From contig NC_068982.1 of the NCBI RefSeq assembly GCF_001194135.2, positions 36,410,597-36,474,596 on the forward strand: a stretch of DNA of 64,000 nt. Direction: 5' to 3'. Positions 52,473 through 64,000 of this stretch are shown here, piece after piece. The notes under the pieces were generated by a model. That model saw nothing but the letters and a program-made list of their open reading frames with translations. It had not been told where the DNA came from and did not search any database. Made by a program: the position numbers and the translations under genes. This DNA is from Octopus bimaculoides (lineage: Eukaryota). Position 1 is the first letter of the stretch. Each line of letters starts with the position of its first letter.

Positions 52473-54639
52473 ATAAATTTAATGTTTTCCAAACTGGTTT
52501 AAGTTAGTTAACATGCACCTTGTCATTTATCCTAATCTTATGGTAATTAACTGCAAATTCAAATTTTTAAAAATCTGTCCTAATGACTTAAACCCATGTC
52601 TTCTTTACCCTATCTCTAGATCATATGCAATATATTTATCTATTTCTTCTCAAGATTTCACAACAGTATTCTCATTGAGCATGCACAAACCATTTGCATT
52701 ACATATTCATATTGTTTACTAATGCCCCAATAGGCATCCTTTGCCATTTATGTGGCATAATGGGTCATACACTGAAGACGTCAGACAAGTGGAAAGGAGC
52801 AGCTGAGGAACATGACTGGAAGTAAAGCGAAAAGTGACATCAGGTGAGGAAGAGGGAAGCTCAAGAGGCTGCTTTTGGACTGAAAGGGTTAGCTAGATTG
52901 GATGTGCAACTAGAGTTTCTGCATATTCTAGTTTCTGGCCCATGGTTGGGGTAGTGAGAGTCTCTAAGTTTCATAGCTAGTTCAAGCTGGCAATTAAAGA
53001 GTTCTCTTCAAAGTTATCCCCAGAGGCTTAAAGAACCATATCTTCCTGCATACAAGTCAAACTTCACAGACCAAAATTTATAGCCAAGAGAGGTAAGTCA
53101 ACTTATACACCAAGATGACTTTGGGAGGATCAAACATTCCATGTGAAATGAAGCAAGATTTGGAAAGACACTCTACTCTAGGCACAAGGCCTGAAATATT
53201 TGGGAGGGGGCCAGTCAATTAGATCAACCCCAGTATGCAACTGGTACTTAAATATCGCTAAGTATTTTGCCTGGCGTGCTAACGTTTCTGCCAGCTTGCT
53301 GCCTTGGAAAGACAGAGATATTGTTTCAAGGTTTCCACATGTTTCTATTATATACATTGACTTGTAAGTTGGAAAAATACAGTAAGAGAATTTTTATCCA
53401 TCATACTATAATTTATTTGCATTGAAATCTGTCTAGTTTTGATTGATCATGTAATGGATTTTGCCAAATTTAATATTTTCAGCAAGTAATAGAAACTATC
53501 TAGTACTTCTAAGGATCCACCTAGGCATTCCAGAAAATCTATTTCCTGTGAGATTTTAGTGTTTATTGCACTTATGTATCTGCCACAAACAAACAATACA
53601 TTTAAATTATTATATATATTTGAAAACGTTTATTTTGTCTATTAGTAATCAGTCAAGTACTGGAATAAATATTTATAAAAAAAAAAAAACTGAATTTTTA
53701 TTTCTTCTACATTTTCAGAAATAGGGATAACTGTATATCTTCGAATTAAATCTGTTACAAAAGCTTTGTTGATGAAAGAATAAAAAAAAAATTGCACTGA
53801 AGTAGTACAATAAATATTCCACTGCATCACTGGATGTTAAAGTAAGCACATTTCAGAATATTTATCTCATTTTATGACACTGTAATAGCAAAGGGAAGGA
53901 CACCCAGAAATTATAAAAAATAAAATTAGAAAGCCTATACATCATCTTTTAACCTGCTAAAAATAGCAGCCAAATCTCCTTTGAGACACACTCCATGGTC
54001 TTTAAAAAGGAAAGGATACATTAAGCTATGTAGTTCATGAAATATGAAAAGAGACAATATGATCAAGATTGAAATGCCCTTGACCATAATTGCTCAAAAA
54101 AGACTCAAGTAATACTGATTCTAAGGACAAGTCCATTCAGTCAATAGCCATGTACCATTTAAAACATGTAATTCAGATGTCAGTCAGATTGAACAAAGAT
54201 AAGAGATTTAAAAGAGCAGGACTTTTTACTGAGTCATCTGCATAAATTTAGAGATTAACACCTGAAATTATGATTTATTGAGCTACTTTTGAAAGTCTTG
54301 AAGCTGATAAAAATTGTTATGAAGGATTTCAAATATCACTTTCATCAGCTGAATGGTATAATACAATCCCAAAGTTCATCATGTCCTTTTCTTGCAATGA
54401 AACCCACTGTGCTTTTTACACCAACCTGTTATCTGCTTAATCTTGGCAATAAGTGCTACTACCTTCTTTAGTGATGTCTAGAAAACCACTGAGTGGTATT
54501 AGTGGTTGCTGTTTAATTCCAGATCAACCAGACCTATGATCAAAGTCGTTCAAACCATGGCCATCCTGTCTTTTTAATAATATACATTTTATAATGTATT
54601 TTCCTTATTTGAGATTGAAAGGTGTTATTTGAGGGAAAT

Positions 54640-54880
54640 TGATAGTAGGGTGCCAGGTTTTTGTGGAGCATTCATTCTACAAGGTCCTGGTTGAATTTGG
54701 AGTTCTTGGTGCAGCAAAGAGGAGGGTCATAAATTCAATCATTAAACCTGCACAGAAGGCTGCTAGGTGGCTTTGGATAAAGAGGGCAGACTAGTGATTT
54801 GCTATTACTGAGATACAAGCTGGGACTTGAAACATCACTCAGAAACATCGCTGATGATACATCTTGGAGCATTCGTGAGT
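54640..54880 (+). mobile_element. Hero-like non-LTR retrotransposon C-terminus and 3' UTR
   Basis: GVLGAAKRRVINSIIKPAQKAARWLWIKRAD*, matching the AAEKASRWLWIKR-type Hero terminus. Confidence 0.7.
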
Positions 54881-56536
54881 TCTATCTTGAAACTATAGAT
54901 TAAGTGGTCATATAGAAGTGCCCTCTTTGGCTTGAGTGTATTTATTTTTTACTGTTTATGTTGCATATATTTGGTGTGGTTGGACAGTTACACTTACAAT
55001 GTTTGTCTACAATTTCAAGGCAGTGATTATATTAGTGTTAGAGAGCATTCATTTGTGGGGCAACCTAAATTTGGCTTTGCTGGCTGTCCCCTCACTTTTA
55101 TGGAACCCACACACAAATCATCATCATTGTTTAATGTGTTCTTGTCCATGCTTGAATGGATCAGATGGAATTTGTTGAAGCAAGCTTTATATAGCCAGAT
55201 GCCCTTCCTGTCACCGTCTCTCACCTATTTCCAAACAAAAAAATTTTCCTCAAAGACAGACATGTTTTTTCATGGAAAACAAGAAATGAATGAGATCTTG
55301 TCTGATGGTGATGTTTGTTTACAACTATCACATGATGATGTCAAGACAAAGGTACATACAAACACACATGATGGATTTCTTTCAATTTCTGCCTATGAAA
55401 TCCATTCAAGGGCTGTAATAGATGGCATTTGCCCATGGTGCTGTGCACTGGGGCTGAGCCAATGACAGCAATTGTGTGGGTTGGAACTTATGACATAAAA
55501 CTGTGCCCCTCATGTTGACCTTTCATTTAAAGTATTTTGTTTTCATTGTATAAGTAATTTTTGTGTTGTTGGCGACAATACAAAATGTGCTGTTTTGTTT
55601 TCTTTATTAAAGAGATTGGAGGCCACAGGAAGTTATGTAGAATTCATGATGGATTTAATGTAATTTATGCACAGTACTGTTTTATTTTGTGTGTTGGCAA
55701 AATGTGATGCCAATAAGTATATTTGTGCATTGTTTTTCTTTTTTTACCATGACTTCTATGAGTGTTGTGGTTGTTGTTGTGGTAGATGTTCATTCTCAAG
55801 TCCACCTTGACTGAGCAGACCATATTTGAAGTCACCCTAGCCATGACCATCTGTCTTTATCCCAAACACAGAACAACATTGTGTACTTTTATAAGATAGC
55901 AGGGTGTGATCTGGTTTCTATTTCTAGCAGATTAAGCAACCACATAGTTTCTTTTGCTGGTCCAATGTATATAATAAATACTAGAATGGTGTTGTAGGTT
56001 ACTCCTAGTATATTTGACTTTTGTGTATGTAATGTATTCATGTTTTTGAATCTGATAATTGATTGTTTGATATTCTTTGGTGTCACTGATAAGAATAGAG
56101 CTGGTGCCTTTTAATTAATTTCCAACCAGGTTTCTAGTAGGTCAATAAAGAGTTGGAGTCATGTATAGGGTAGGTGGGAGGCAGCAAATGTAATGTCATC
56201 TATATACAAGGTTGTGTTTATGCTATGCATGTATGTATGTAAAAATTATGGAGATGTTTGTTAGAAAAAATGGGAGAAGGCAGATAACTTCCAGCACTCA
56301 AGATCGAAGCTTTCAGCTGAAAGAGGCATGCATGGGTAGGTGATACCAACGATGATGTTTACTAGAATTTTTAAGGGTTTGCATAGGAGAGTCTCTTTTG
56401 ATTTAATTGGTTTCTGTTAGGTTTCAGAATTTTGATAAATCTGTCTGGTTATATGAATTTTAGAATAAAGTGGTATAAGTGTTGGTGGTATTAATGATAT
56501 TTCAATTACATATTGATGAACATACACTTTTACACA

Positions 56537-58486
56537 TTTCAGTCATTTGACTGTGGCCATGCTGGAGCACCACCTTTAGTCAAGCAAATTGACCCCAGGA
56601 CTTATTCTTTGTAAGCCTAGTACTTATTCTATCGGTCTCTTTTGCTGAACCACTAAGTTTTGGGGACATAAACACACCAGCATTGGTTGTCAAGTGATGA
56701 TTGGGGACAAACACAGATACAAAGACACACACACATAAATATATATACATATATACAATGCATATCCAATTATTAGGCAGCTCTGTTTTTTCGAAATAAC
56801 AGAGTATTTATTCGTTTAAATCCAGATATTTTTTCACTGAATGATTGCAACATCTGCCTGCGCACACTGTAGTAAAATAAATTGGATCCGCATAGATGTA
56901 AACAAATGGCAATCATTTTTATGAAACAGCAACAATTTTACTGTCCTAAATTATTAACATAAAAGTGTTATTATGGGTCAAAAACGTGATTTAACATCAA
57001 ATGAGAAGTCCACTATCATCTCAGAATGTGGAAAAACAAAAATGACATTGGAAATATCAAAGATCCTGGGAAGAGATCATTGAACTGTGAAGAAATTTGC
57101 GGAGTCTTCTGCTGCCCATTTGAGGGCTGATAAGGGTAAATTGAGGGTTGTTTCCAGGCGTACCCTGTCACATATAACGAGGAAAGTTGTGAAGAACACA
57201 GGTCTGACTAGTTGAGAAGTGTTTAAAGTGGTGGTGAAGACATTTCGAAATGTACCAGGTGTTGCCTCCTGAAGCAGGTAGCCAAGAACGTAAAACCTGT
57301 TACAAGGACTCTTCTGAAGGCTGTTCATAAACAAAATAGAGTCAAATGGGCAGAAGACTACATGAAGATAGATTTTTCAAAAGTCGTCTTTACTGATGAA
57401 TGCTGTACTACCCTAGACGGACCAGATGGGTGGAGCAAAGGATGGGTTGCAATTAGCAGAAATCGTCCTCATCGTTTGAGACTCCAACAAAGGGGGGGGG
57501 GGCAGAGTCATGATTTGGGCTGGCATCATTGGAGACAAGTTGGTTGGTCCTTGGAAAGTTCCAGATGGAATTAAGATGATATCTAATGCCTATGTTGCCT
57601 TTTTGGAGGACAATTTTAAGCCATGGTTGAAAAAGCAGAAAGTTTCATTAAAGAGAACGCTGGTATTCATGCAAGATAATGCACCCTCCCATGCAGCTAA
57701 TAAATCTCTGGAATACCTACAGCAATTAGGCTTCTCTGGATAACGTTTAATGAAGTAGCCAGCATGTTCACCCGACTTAAACCCAATTGAAAATCTATGG
57801 AGTGTTCTGAAGAGGAAGATATATCAAGATGGACGGCAGTTTTCAATGAAAGATGCACTCTAGGAAGCTATTGTGGATGCTGCTGACAGTATTACACCAG
57901 ATGAAATAGTTACCTTGACAGATTCAATGGATAAATGCATCAGGGATGTTCTCTCATGTGGAGGATCATACATCCATCATTAAGAACTTTATGACATCAT
58001 ATTTCTTGTATTATTTCCATTCAAACATATTATTATGTTCATTATAAAGTCTGTTATGATTATGTTTGCTGTTAAAAATTAATTGTTGCATTAAATAAAT
58101 GTTTGTTTTTGCATAATCAGAATTTTTATTAGATCTACCTAATAATTTAGGATGGTAAAAATGATGCCTTTAACAAAAATAGCTGTTGTTTCTTTACATA
58201 TGGGGGGATCAGATTTATTTTGGTACAGTACATGCAGATGGGTGTTATCATGCAGCAGAAAAATACTCTGTTATTGCGAAAAAACTGAGCTGCCTAATAA
58301 TTTGACATACAGTGTATATACATGACAGGCTTCTTTCAGTTTCTGTCTACCAAATCCTCTCACAAGGCTTTGGTTGGCCTGAAGCTATAGTAGAAGACAC
58401 TTGCCCAAGGTGCCACACAGTGGGACTGAACCCAGAACCATGTGGTTGGGAAGCAAGCTTTTTACCACACAGCCATGCCTGCGCCT
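56537..58486 (-). mobile_element. tRNA-derived SINE split in two (56537-56755 and 58315-58486) by a Tc1-like insertion
   Basis: The left half ends in the (TA/CA) spacer; the right half resumes with catgacaggcttctttcagtttctgtctaccaaat...gcctgcgcct. Confidence 0.85.
56756..58314 (+). mobile_element. Full-length Tc1-like DD37E element (TRT-like), 1559 bp, pseudogenised transposase 56973-57983
   Basis: TA flanks; TIR caatgcatatccaattattaggcagctc / gagctgcctaataatttgacatacagtg; MGQKRDLT start, VFTDE, MQDNAPSH-(37 aa)-PIENLW, with in-frame stops. Confidence 0.92.
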
Positions 58487-59519
58487 GGTTCATATTGAAT
58501 TAATCCATAAAAATTTTATGGTAACAAAATATAGTAAAATCAGTACAAAAAAATAAAAAAATGAATTGTAAAAGGTAAAATTCTGTGACTTTGTTTCAGT
58601 CTTAGAGGGAAGTTAATGACTCAAATTTGATTGTAAGTTAGAGACACCATATTTATGTCATAAGTGTCCTTGACATAGTATGCAAGTTCTACATTCTCCT
58701 TTATTAATCTGAAACCTTGTTTACAATCTTCATATCTATTGAATGCAATTGTTCAAAGATAATGCAACTATTAATTCAAGAGCTTGAATAGAGTTCAAGA
58801 GTGACAACTAAACTGATAAAGAACTGGCACAGTATGAACAAATAATATGACAATAAAATCTGAAACCTAAAAGTGACTGATTTAAAAACGAAATTTAAGT
58901 CACATTTTCTTTTGCAGCTTTAATGAAATTAAAATTAATTACTATCTTAATGATTTGCAATAGAACATGTAACTTTTTCTCAATGTACTGAACAATATGT
59001 TAAGTAGAGAAATTGAGAGAAGATTAAAAAGTAATGGATTTAATCTGATTTCAGACAAATGTATAAATCTTATTATTTACACAAAATCTGATTTATCTAT
59101 TATCATGTTTTATATAAACGGTTACAGGAGAAAATCACTGACAGCAATTTGCTGAAGGCAATTTACTAGCCAATGATCCACCTACAAGCAATTAACCAAT
59201 TAACATATTCACCTGTGGTAAATTATTCACTAATATTATTTCAATAAAGGTTATAAGTAGTAAATACTTATTACCCAAAATATTTATTTAAAAAAATACG
59301 AAAACATTGATAAAAATTTGAAAGGATTTCTAAAATGAGATGTTATAAGCTAAGCCTCTTAAATTTGGAACAATGGACTCATTAGGTTCATAGTTCACAA
59401 TAACCCTTTTCATTGTTTCAGCACAACCATGATATTTTTGTCACTTTAAGGAGGTTCTTACTTATCAATGAATTGCATGTCGGTCAAATGTTGTCAGTAA
59501 ACAGTGAGTTGCCAATGTA

Positions 59520-59850
59520 GTGAAAGTGTATGGCTTGGTGGTTGGTATATTCAGCTTACAATTGTTAAGTCATGAGTTTGATTCCCAGAGATATGTTGTG
59601 TCCTTGAGCAAAACACCTTATTTTACATTGCTCCAGTCCACTTACATGGCAAAAACAAGTTGTACTTGTAATTCAAAGGGTCAGCTTTGTCACATTCTGT
59701 ATCACACTGAATTTCCCTGACAACTTCATTAAGAGTATGTATGTCATGTCCATGGAGTGATCAGCCACTTGTATATTAATTTCATGGGCAGGCTGATCGA
59801 TTGATTAGATCAACTGGAATCCTCATCACCATAACCAACAGAGTGCTAGT
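59520..59850 (+). mobile_element. tRNA-derived CORE-like SINE
   Basis: A/B-box-like head tggcttggtggttgg...gagtttgattccc followed by gtgtccttgagcaaaacac; related minus copies at about 10540-10680 and 38380-38610. Confidence 0.7.
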
Positions 59851-60270
59851 GGCCAATGTAAGTAGACCTTATTTAGCAGATAAACTAAGGTTTCTATAAG
59901 AAGAGTGTGGTAATTCACTTTAAGCATTGTGATATAAGAAAGCAATAAGAAATAGAGTGAAGAGCTTCTTACAATGTAAAAAGAGAATTAATAATTTGCT
60001 AATTTCTTACATATTCTGGGTGAATTAGCTTTCTACAGAGAAAAAGCAGTTAACAAATTATAAAACCAGAGAATGCCATATGTAAGAAGCACTGCATTAC
60101 TTCTACATAGTTTTCTTTAGATTTCTGGGTCATTATTATTTAGACTTTATTGAGACATCAGATTCTTCTAGATTTATTCTCAGCCAGTAGTTCTTATTAT
60201 AAGGCAGAGTCCATTATATGATTTCCACCAAATTGTAGACCCTATATCTATATTTTACAGACAACCTCCC

Positions 60271-61155
60271 CATCATCATCATCATTATCGTTTAATGTCC
60301 ATTTTCCATGCTGGCATGGGTTGGACGGTTTGACTGAAGTCTGGAGAGCCAGTGGCTGCACCAGGCTCCAATCTGATCTGGCAATGTTTCTACAGCTGGA
60401 TGCCCTTCTTAATACCAACCACTCCGAGAGTGTAATGGGTGCTTTCTACGTGCCACCGGCACAGGAGCCAGTCAGGCAGGCCTGGCATCGATCCCGTTTG
60501 GATGGTGCTTTTTACGTGCCACCGGCATGGGACCCAGTCAGGGGACACTAGCATCAACCACGTTTGGATGATGTATTTTATGTGCCACCGGAATGGGAGC
60601 CAGTTAGGGAACACTGGCCACAGCTGCGATTTTGATTTTACTTGACTCAACAGGTCTTCTCAAGCATACCATATTGCCTAACGCATCAAGGGTACTCTTA
60701 AATGAGCTGGCCATGTAACACTGACATCGGTCAAGGCTGTGATCTCACTTTAGTTGCAGGGTCTTCTCAATCACAGCATATCTCCAAAGGTCTTGGTCTC
60801 CTGTCATTGCCTCTGTGAGGCTCAATGTTCGAAGGTCATGCTTCAATATCTCATCCCATGTCTTCTTGGGTCTGCCTCTTCCACAGGTTCCTTCCACAGT
60901 TAGGGAGTGGCACTTCCTCACACAGCTGTCCTCATCCATATGTAACACATGACCATACCAGCGCAGTGGTTTCTCTTGCAAACCACATTTGATGCTTCTT
61001 ATGTCCAACTTTTCTCTCAGGGCACTTACACTTTGTTGTGTATGCACACTAACATTACACATCCAGCTGACCATACTAGCTTCATTTCTTTCAAGCCCAC
61101 ACTTGTCCTCAACAGTGATGCCCCATGTTTCACTGCCGTGTAGCATGGCAGTTCA
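60271..61155 (-). mobile_element. 5'-truncated RTE LINE: C-terminal ORF (60745-61146), 3' UTR and (GAT)n tail
   Basis: MLHGSETW...LRWYGHVLHM...RGRPKKTW...DLWRYAV; the UTR has tandem gtgccaccggcac units. Confidence 0.92.
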
Positions 61156-63299
61156 CACACATATGTCATAGTCTACTTTTCATCCTAAGCGTCAGGCCCA
61201 TCCTAATTCTAAAATGACATTAAATGAAATAATGCTTTAGAGAGAGAGTTTATTTGTATAAAAAAACCATGACAACATGACATTTGTTTTATAAAATAAA
61301 TTTTTATTAAATTTTATTAAAAAACACATAATCTTGAAGAAGCCCAGACATTTTCTGTGGAACTCACATAAAGAAACTCTGCTTTAACCCTTTAGTATTC
61401 AGATACCTTGTCAGATATAATGCTTATATATTCATATTGTTTTGAATTAATTATTATCTTGTGACTTTGAGATATCAATTATGTGATTGTTTATTTTTAG
61501 AATGACATTGTAGGACAGATGTGAGAGGCCAGACTTGGTCAGTTTAAACATAAAACAGGTCGAATATTTTGGCTAGATAGGACCTGTTTAAATGATAAAT
61601 GATATATCTTATTACTGTAACTACAACTTCACATTATTGTTATTTGCATCCTTGGGTACATCCATAGAAGATACAATAGACACTGGAGGCATAGTGGCTA
61701 TGAAGTTATGATGTAAGACAACTTTCTAATGATCATAGTTCAAATATTTTACAATATCCAATAATATGTTGTGAACTTGAGCAAAGAACACCATAACTGT
61801 CTTTGTCTCAATTTACTTGGCTGATCAAGGTGGGGGAACAGTACTACACCTACTTTACAGTTGGATGGATAGCAACACTAAGGATATTCATCAAAGTTAG
61901 CATAACAGAACCCAACTATGTAAGCATGGAAAAATGGATACATAACAGTAAAAAATAAACAAACCAATAATACCATCTACTTACAATATTTTATTTAGAA
62001 TATTTAAGATGTGTTATCTTTTATCCTTTACTTGTTTCAGTCATTAGACTGCAGCATGCAGAGGTAATGCCTTGAAGAATTTTAGCCAAATGAATTGACC
62101 CCAGTATTTTTCCTTTTTAAGTTTGGTACTTATTCTCTCAATCTCTTTTGCCAAACTAAGTTATGGGAATGTAAACACACCAACACTAGTAGTCAAGTAG
62201 TGGTGGGGGACAGACACACACACAACTGGCTTCATTCAGTGTTTGTCTACCAAATCCACTCACGAGGCTTTGGCTAGCCCAAGGCTATAGAAGAAGACAC
62301 TTGTCCAAGGTGCCATGTAATGGACTGAACCTGGAACTATGTGGCTGCAAAGCAAACTTCTTACCACACAGCTACACCTGCACCTATATATATCACTTTA
62401 TTTTATTGCACCTGGAAAGATGAAAGGAAAAGTTGACCTTGGCAACAATTGAACTCATAAAGATATGAAACAAATACTACAAGGCAGTTTCTCCAATGCC
62501 CAAATGATTCTTCCGATCTACTACCATCATTTAACTCATTAAATAACTCATTCTAATTTTTGCACAAGGCCAGCAAATCTGAGGTGTTGGGGGAGTCAAT
62601 TACATCAGCCCCAGTACTTGACCTACTTATTTTATTGACCTCAAAACAATGAAAAATTAAGTCAATCAGTGGAATTTGAACTCAGAATGTAAATATATGG
62701 AAAGAATGCCACTAAGCATTCTGTCTAATGTGCTGACAATTTTGCCAGCTTACCACCTTATTTAAGATTATTATTTCCTAATATTTAGACATGAAAAATG
62801 TCTTTTATGTATACATCTGCACACTTTTGATTGATTTGATCACTAACCTTTCTTAGGAATCTTATTCCTGGATGTTTACATTTTATCAGATTGAATTCTA
62901 CTATGCTCTCACCCCTACATATATGCACGAGTAGCCAAGTGGATCAGTACATTGCTATCCTTAGTTTAAAAACAGAGTCTCCTATTACATATCCAGCTTG
63001 CTACAATGACACCTGAAGACAACTGAAAACCAAATCTCTCAAAACATTGCTGATGTAAATATTGTAAAAATTGTTTTACATCTTTAAAGATGAGATTACT
63101 AGTCCAAAAAATGTATAGTGGAGAGTATTGAACAAAGAAATATAAAATACTGAACTAGATATAGTAAAACATTTAGTTTAACATGTTACTTTTATTGTTT
63201 GCATACAATTACATCTCAGTGGGATTACAGTGATTCCATTTACTAAAGACAAAGCAATGATAAAAGAGATTTTCTCATATACTAGCTGCTAGCCATCAA

Positions 63300-63950
63300 T
63301 CATCTAAACTACTTATGTTCTGGAAAAATAAGCACTACTCTTTGAAAAAAATGTGGTGAAATATGCTCCTCAAATGATAATTTGGTATCAATTGTTATCA
63401 ACACATATGGCAAGTAAAATATTCTTGCTGAAAGTGAAATTAGAAAGCAAGCAACATGGTCCTTTATGAAATAGCAGACATAAAATTTTGCTATAACCTT
63501 CGCTAAATAATAGTTGTTTGACATAAATCCACAAATCCACAACATGTAGATACTGAACAAGAGCATGTCAAATGACTTAATCACTCAGCAAGCATCTTAG
63601 ACAAGTTCAATTACTGGTAGCTGTTCTATTTTCTCAGTTTTTGAGTTACAGTAAGATTTTAAACTCACACTACATAAAGTGACCTAAGCAAATATTGTAA
63701 ACTATTTATTTCATTGCTGTATTGATTCTGTTAACACATCGTCCCAAGGGATTTACATAAAACTGGATGAGGAAGAAGGAAAAAGATAAGAACGAGATCT
63801 ATACACAGTATACAAATACATGAGTACATGGATGATAAAGTCTTCCTGATATGATGGGCTCCAACTAGAGCCCATCATGAAGTTACACAAAACAAATCTA
63901 AACTCCCCCTGACCATTAATGGTTAGTACCTTCTTCCAAATGTTTTCCAA
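63300..63950 (-). mobile_element. Degenerate LINE RT remnant (CR1/Jockey-like)
   Basis: LLFSIYM and VLITIDTKLSFEEHI resemble PLLFSIYI and LGVTIDxKLSFxxHI. Confidence 0.45.
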
Positions 63951-64000
63951 CTGATTGGTATTTTCTTAGATTCATTCATTCAAGCCATTTTTGCCACAGT

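Noticed and set aside
52720-53160. LINE remnant (also about 12090-12260, 31050-31370, 44040-44330)
   Set aside because: The composition suggests decayed LINE sequence, but the motifs are too eroded to call.
60011-60032. 22-nt minus-strand segment with good acceptor and donor as a catalase 5' micro-exon
   Set aside because: It has no ATG, and the translation KLIHPEY does not resemble catalase N-termini. It may be chance, though a UTR exon cannot be excluded.
60420-60620. CRISPR-like array from recurring gtgccaccggcac units
   Set aside because: These are tandem units in the RTE 3' UTR, with similar rather than unique spacers, in a eukaryotic context with no cas genes.
51393-64000. Catalase first coding exon
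   Set aside because: No phase-0 donor preceded by an open M..RD..QL-like peptide was found by eye, so it is probably upstream of the window.

Overview
AT-rich, repeat-dense eukaryotic genomic DNA with six N-gaps. It is most likely from an octopod cephalopod, inferred from the SINE and repeat families. One host gene is evident: a heme catalase (CAT) on the minus strand. I assembled ten coding exons (51392 down to 29356; 1449 nt, 483 codons in frame). Neither the first exon nor the terminal exon could be identified. The exon carrying the proximal heme-ligand Tyr (35454-35592) has two anomalies: a TT instead of GT splice donor, and RLYSY instead of RLFSY. The rest is transposon debris. DNA transposons: a full-length DD37E Tc1-like element, mariner and maT remnants, Chapaev3-like and hAT transposases, and hAT, piggyBac and Merlin-like MITEs. 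Retroelements: RTE, R4/Dong, Hero and CR1-like LINE fragments, a GC-rich LTR-type RT fragment, and tRNA-derived SINEs. The most interesting signal is a set of long palindromic insertions from at least three unrelated families that carry hammerhead-ribozyme-like cores (CTGATGA-stem II-GAAA-palindromic stem III). One family couples a tRNA-like Pol III head to a hammerhead tail and shows a Penelope-style 5' inversion with a 13-bp target-site duplication.
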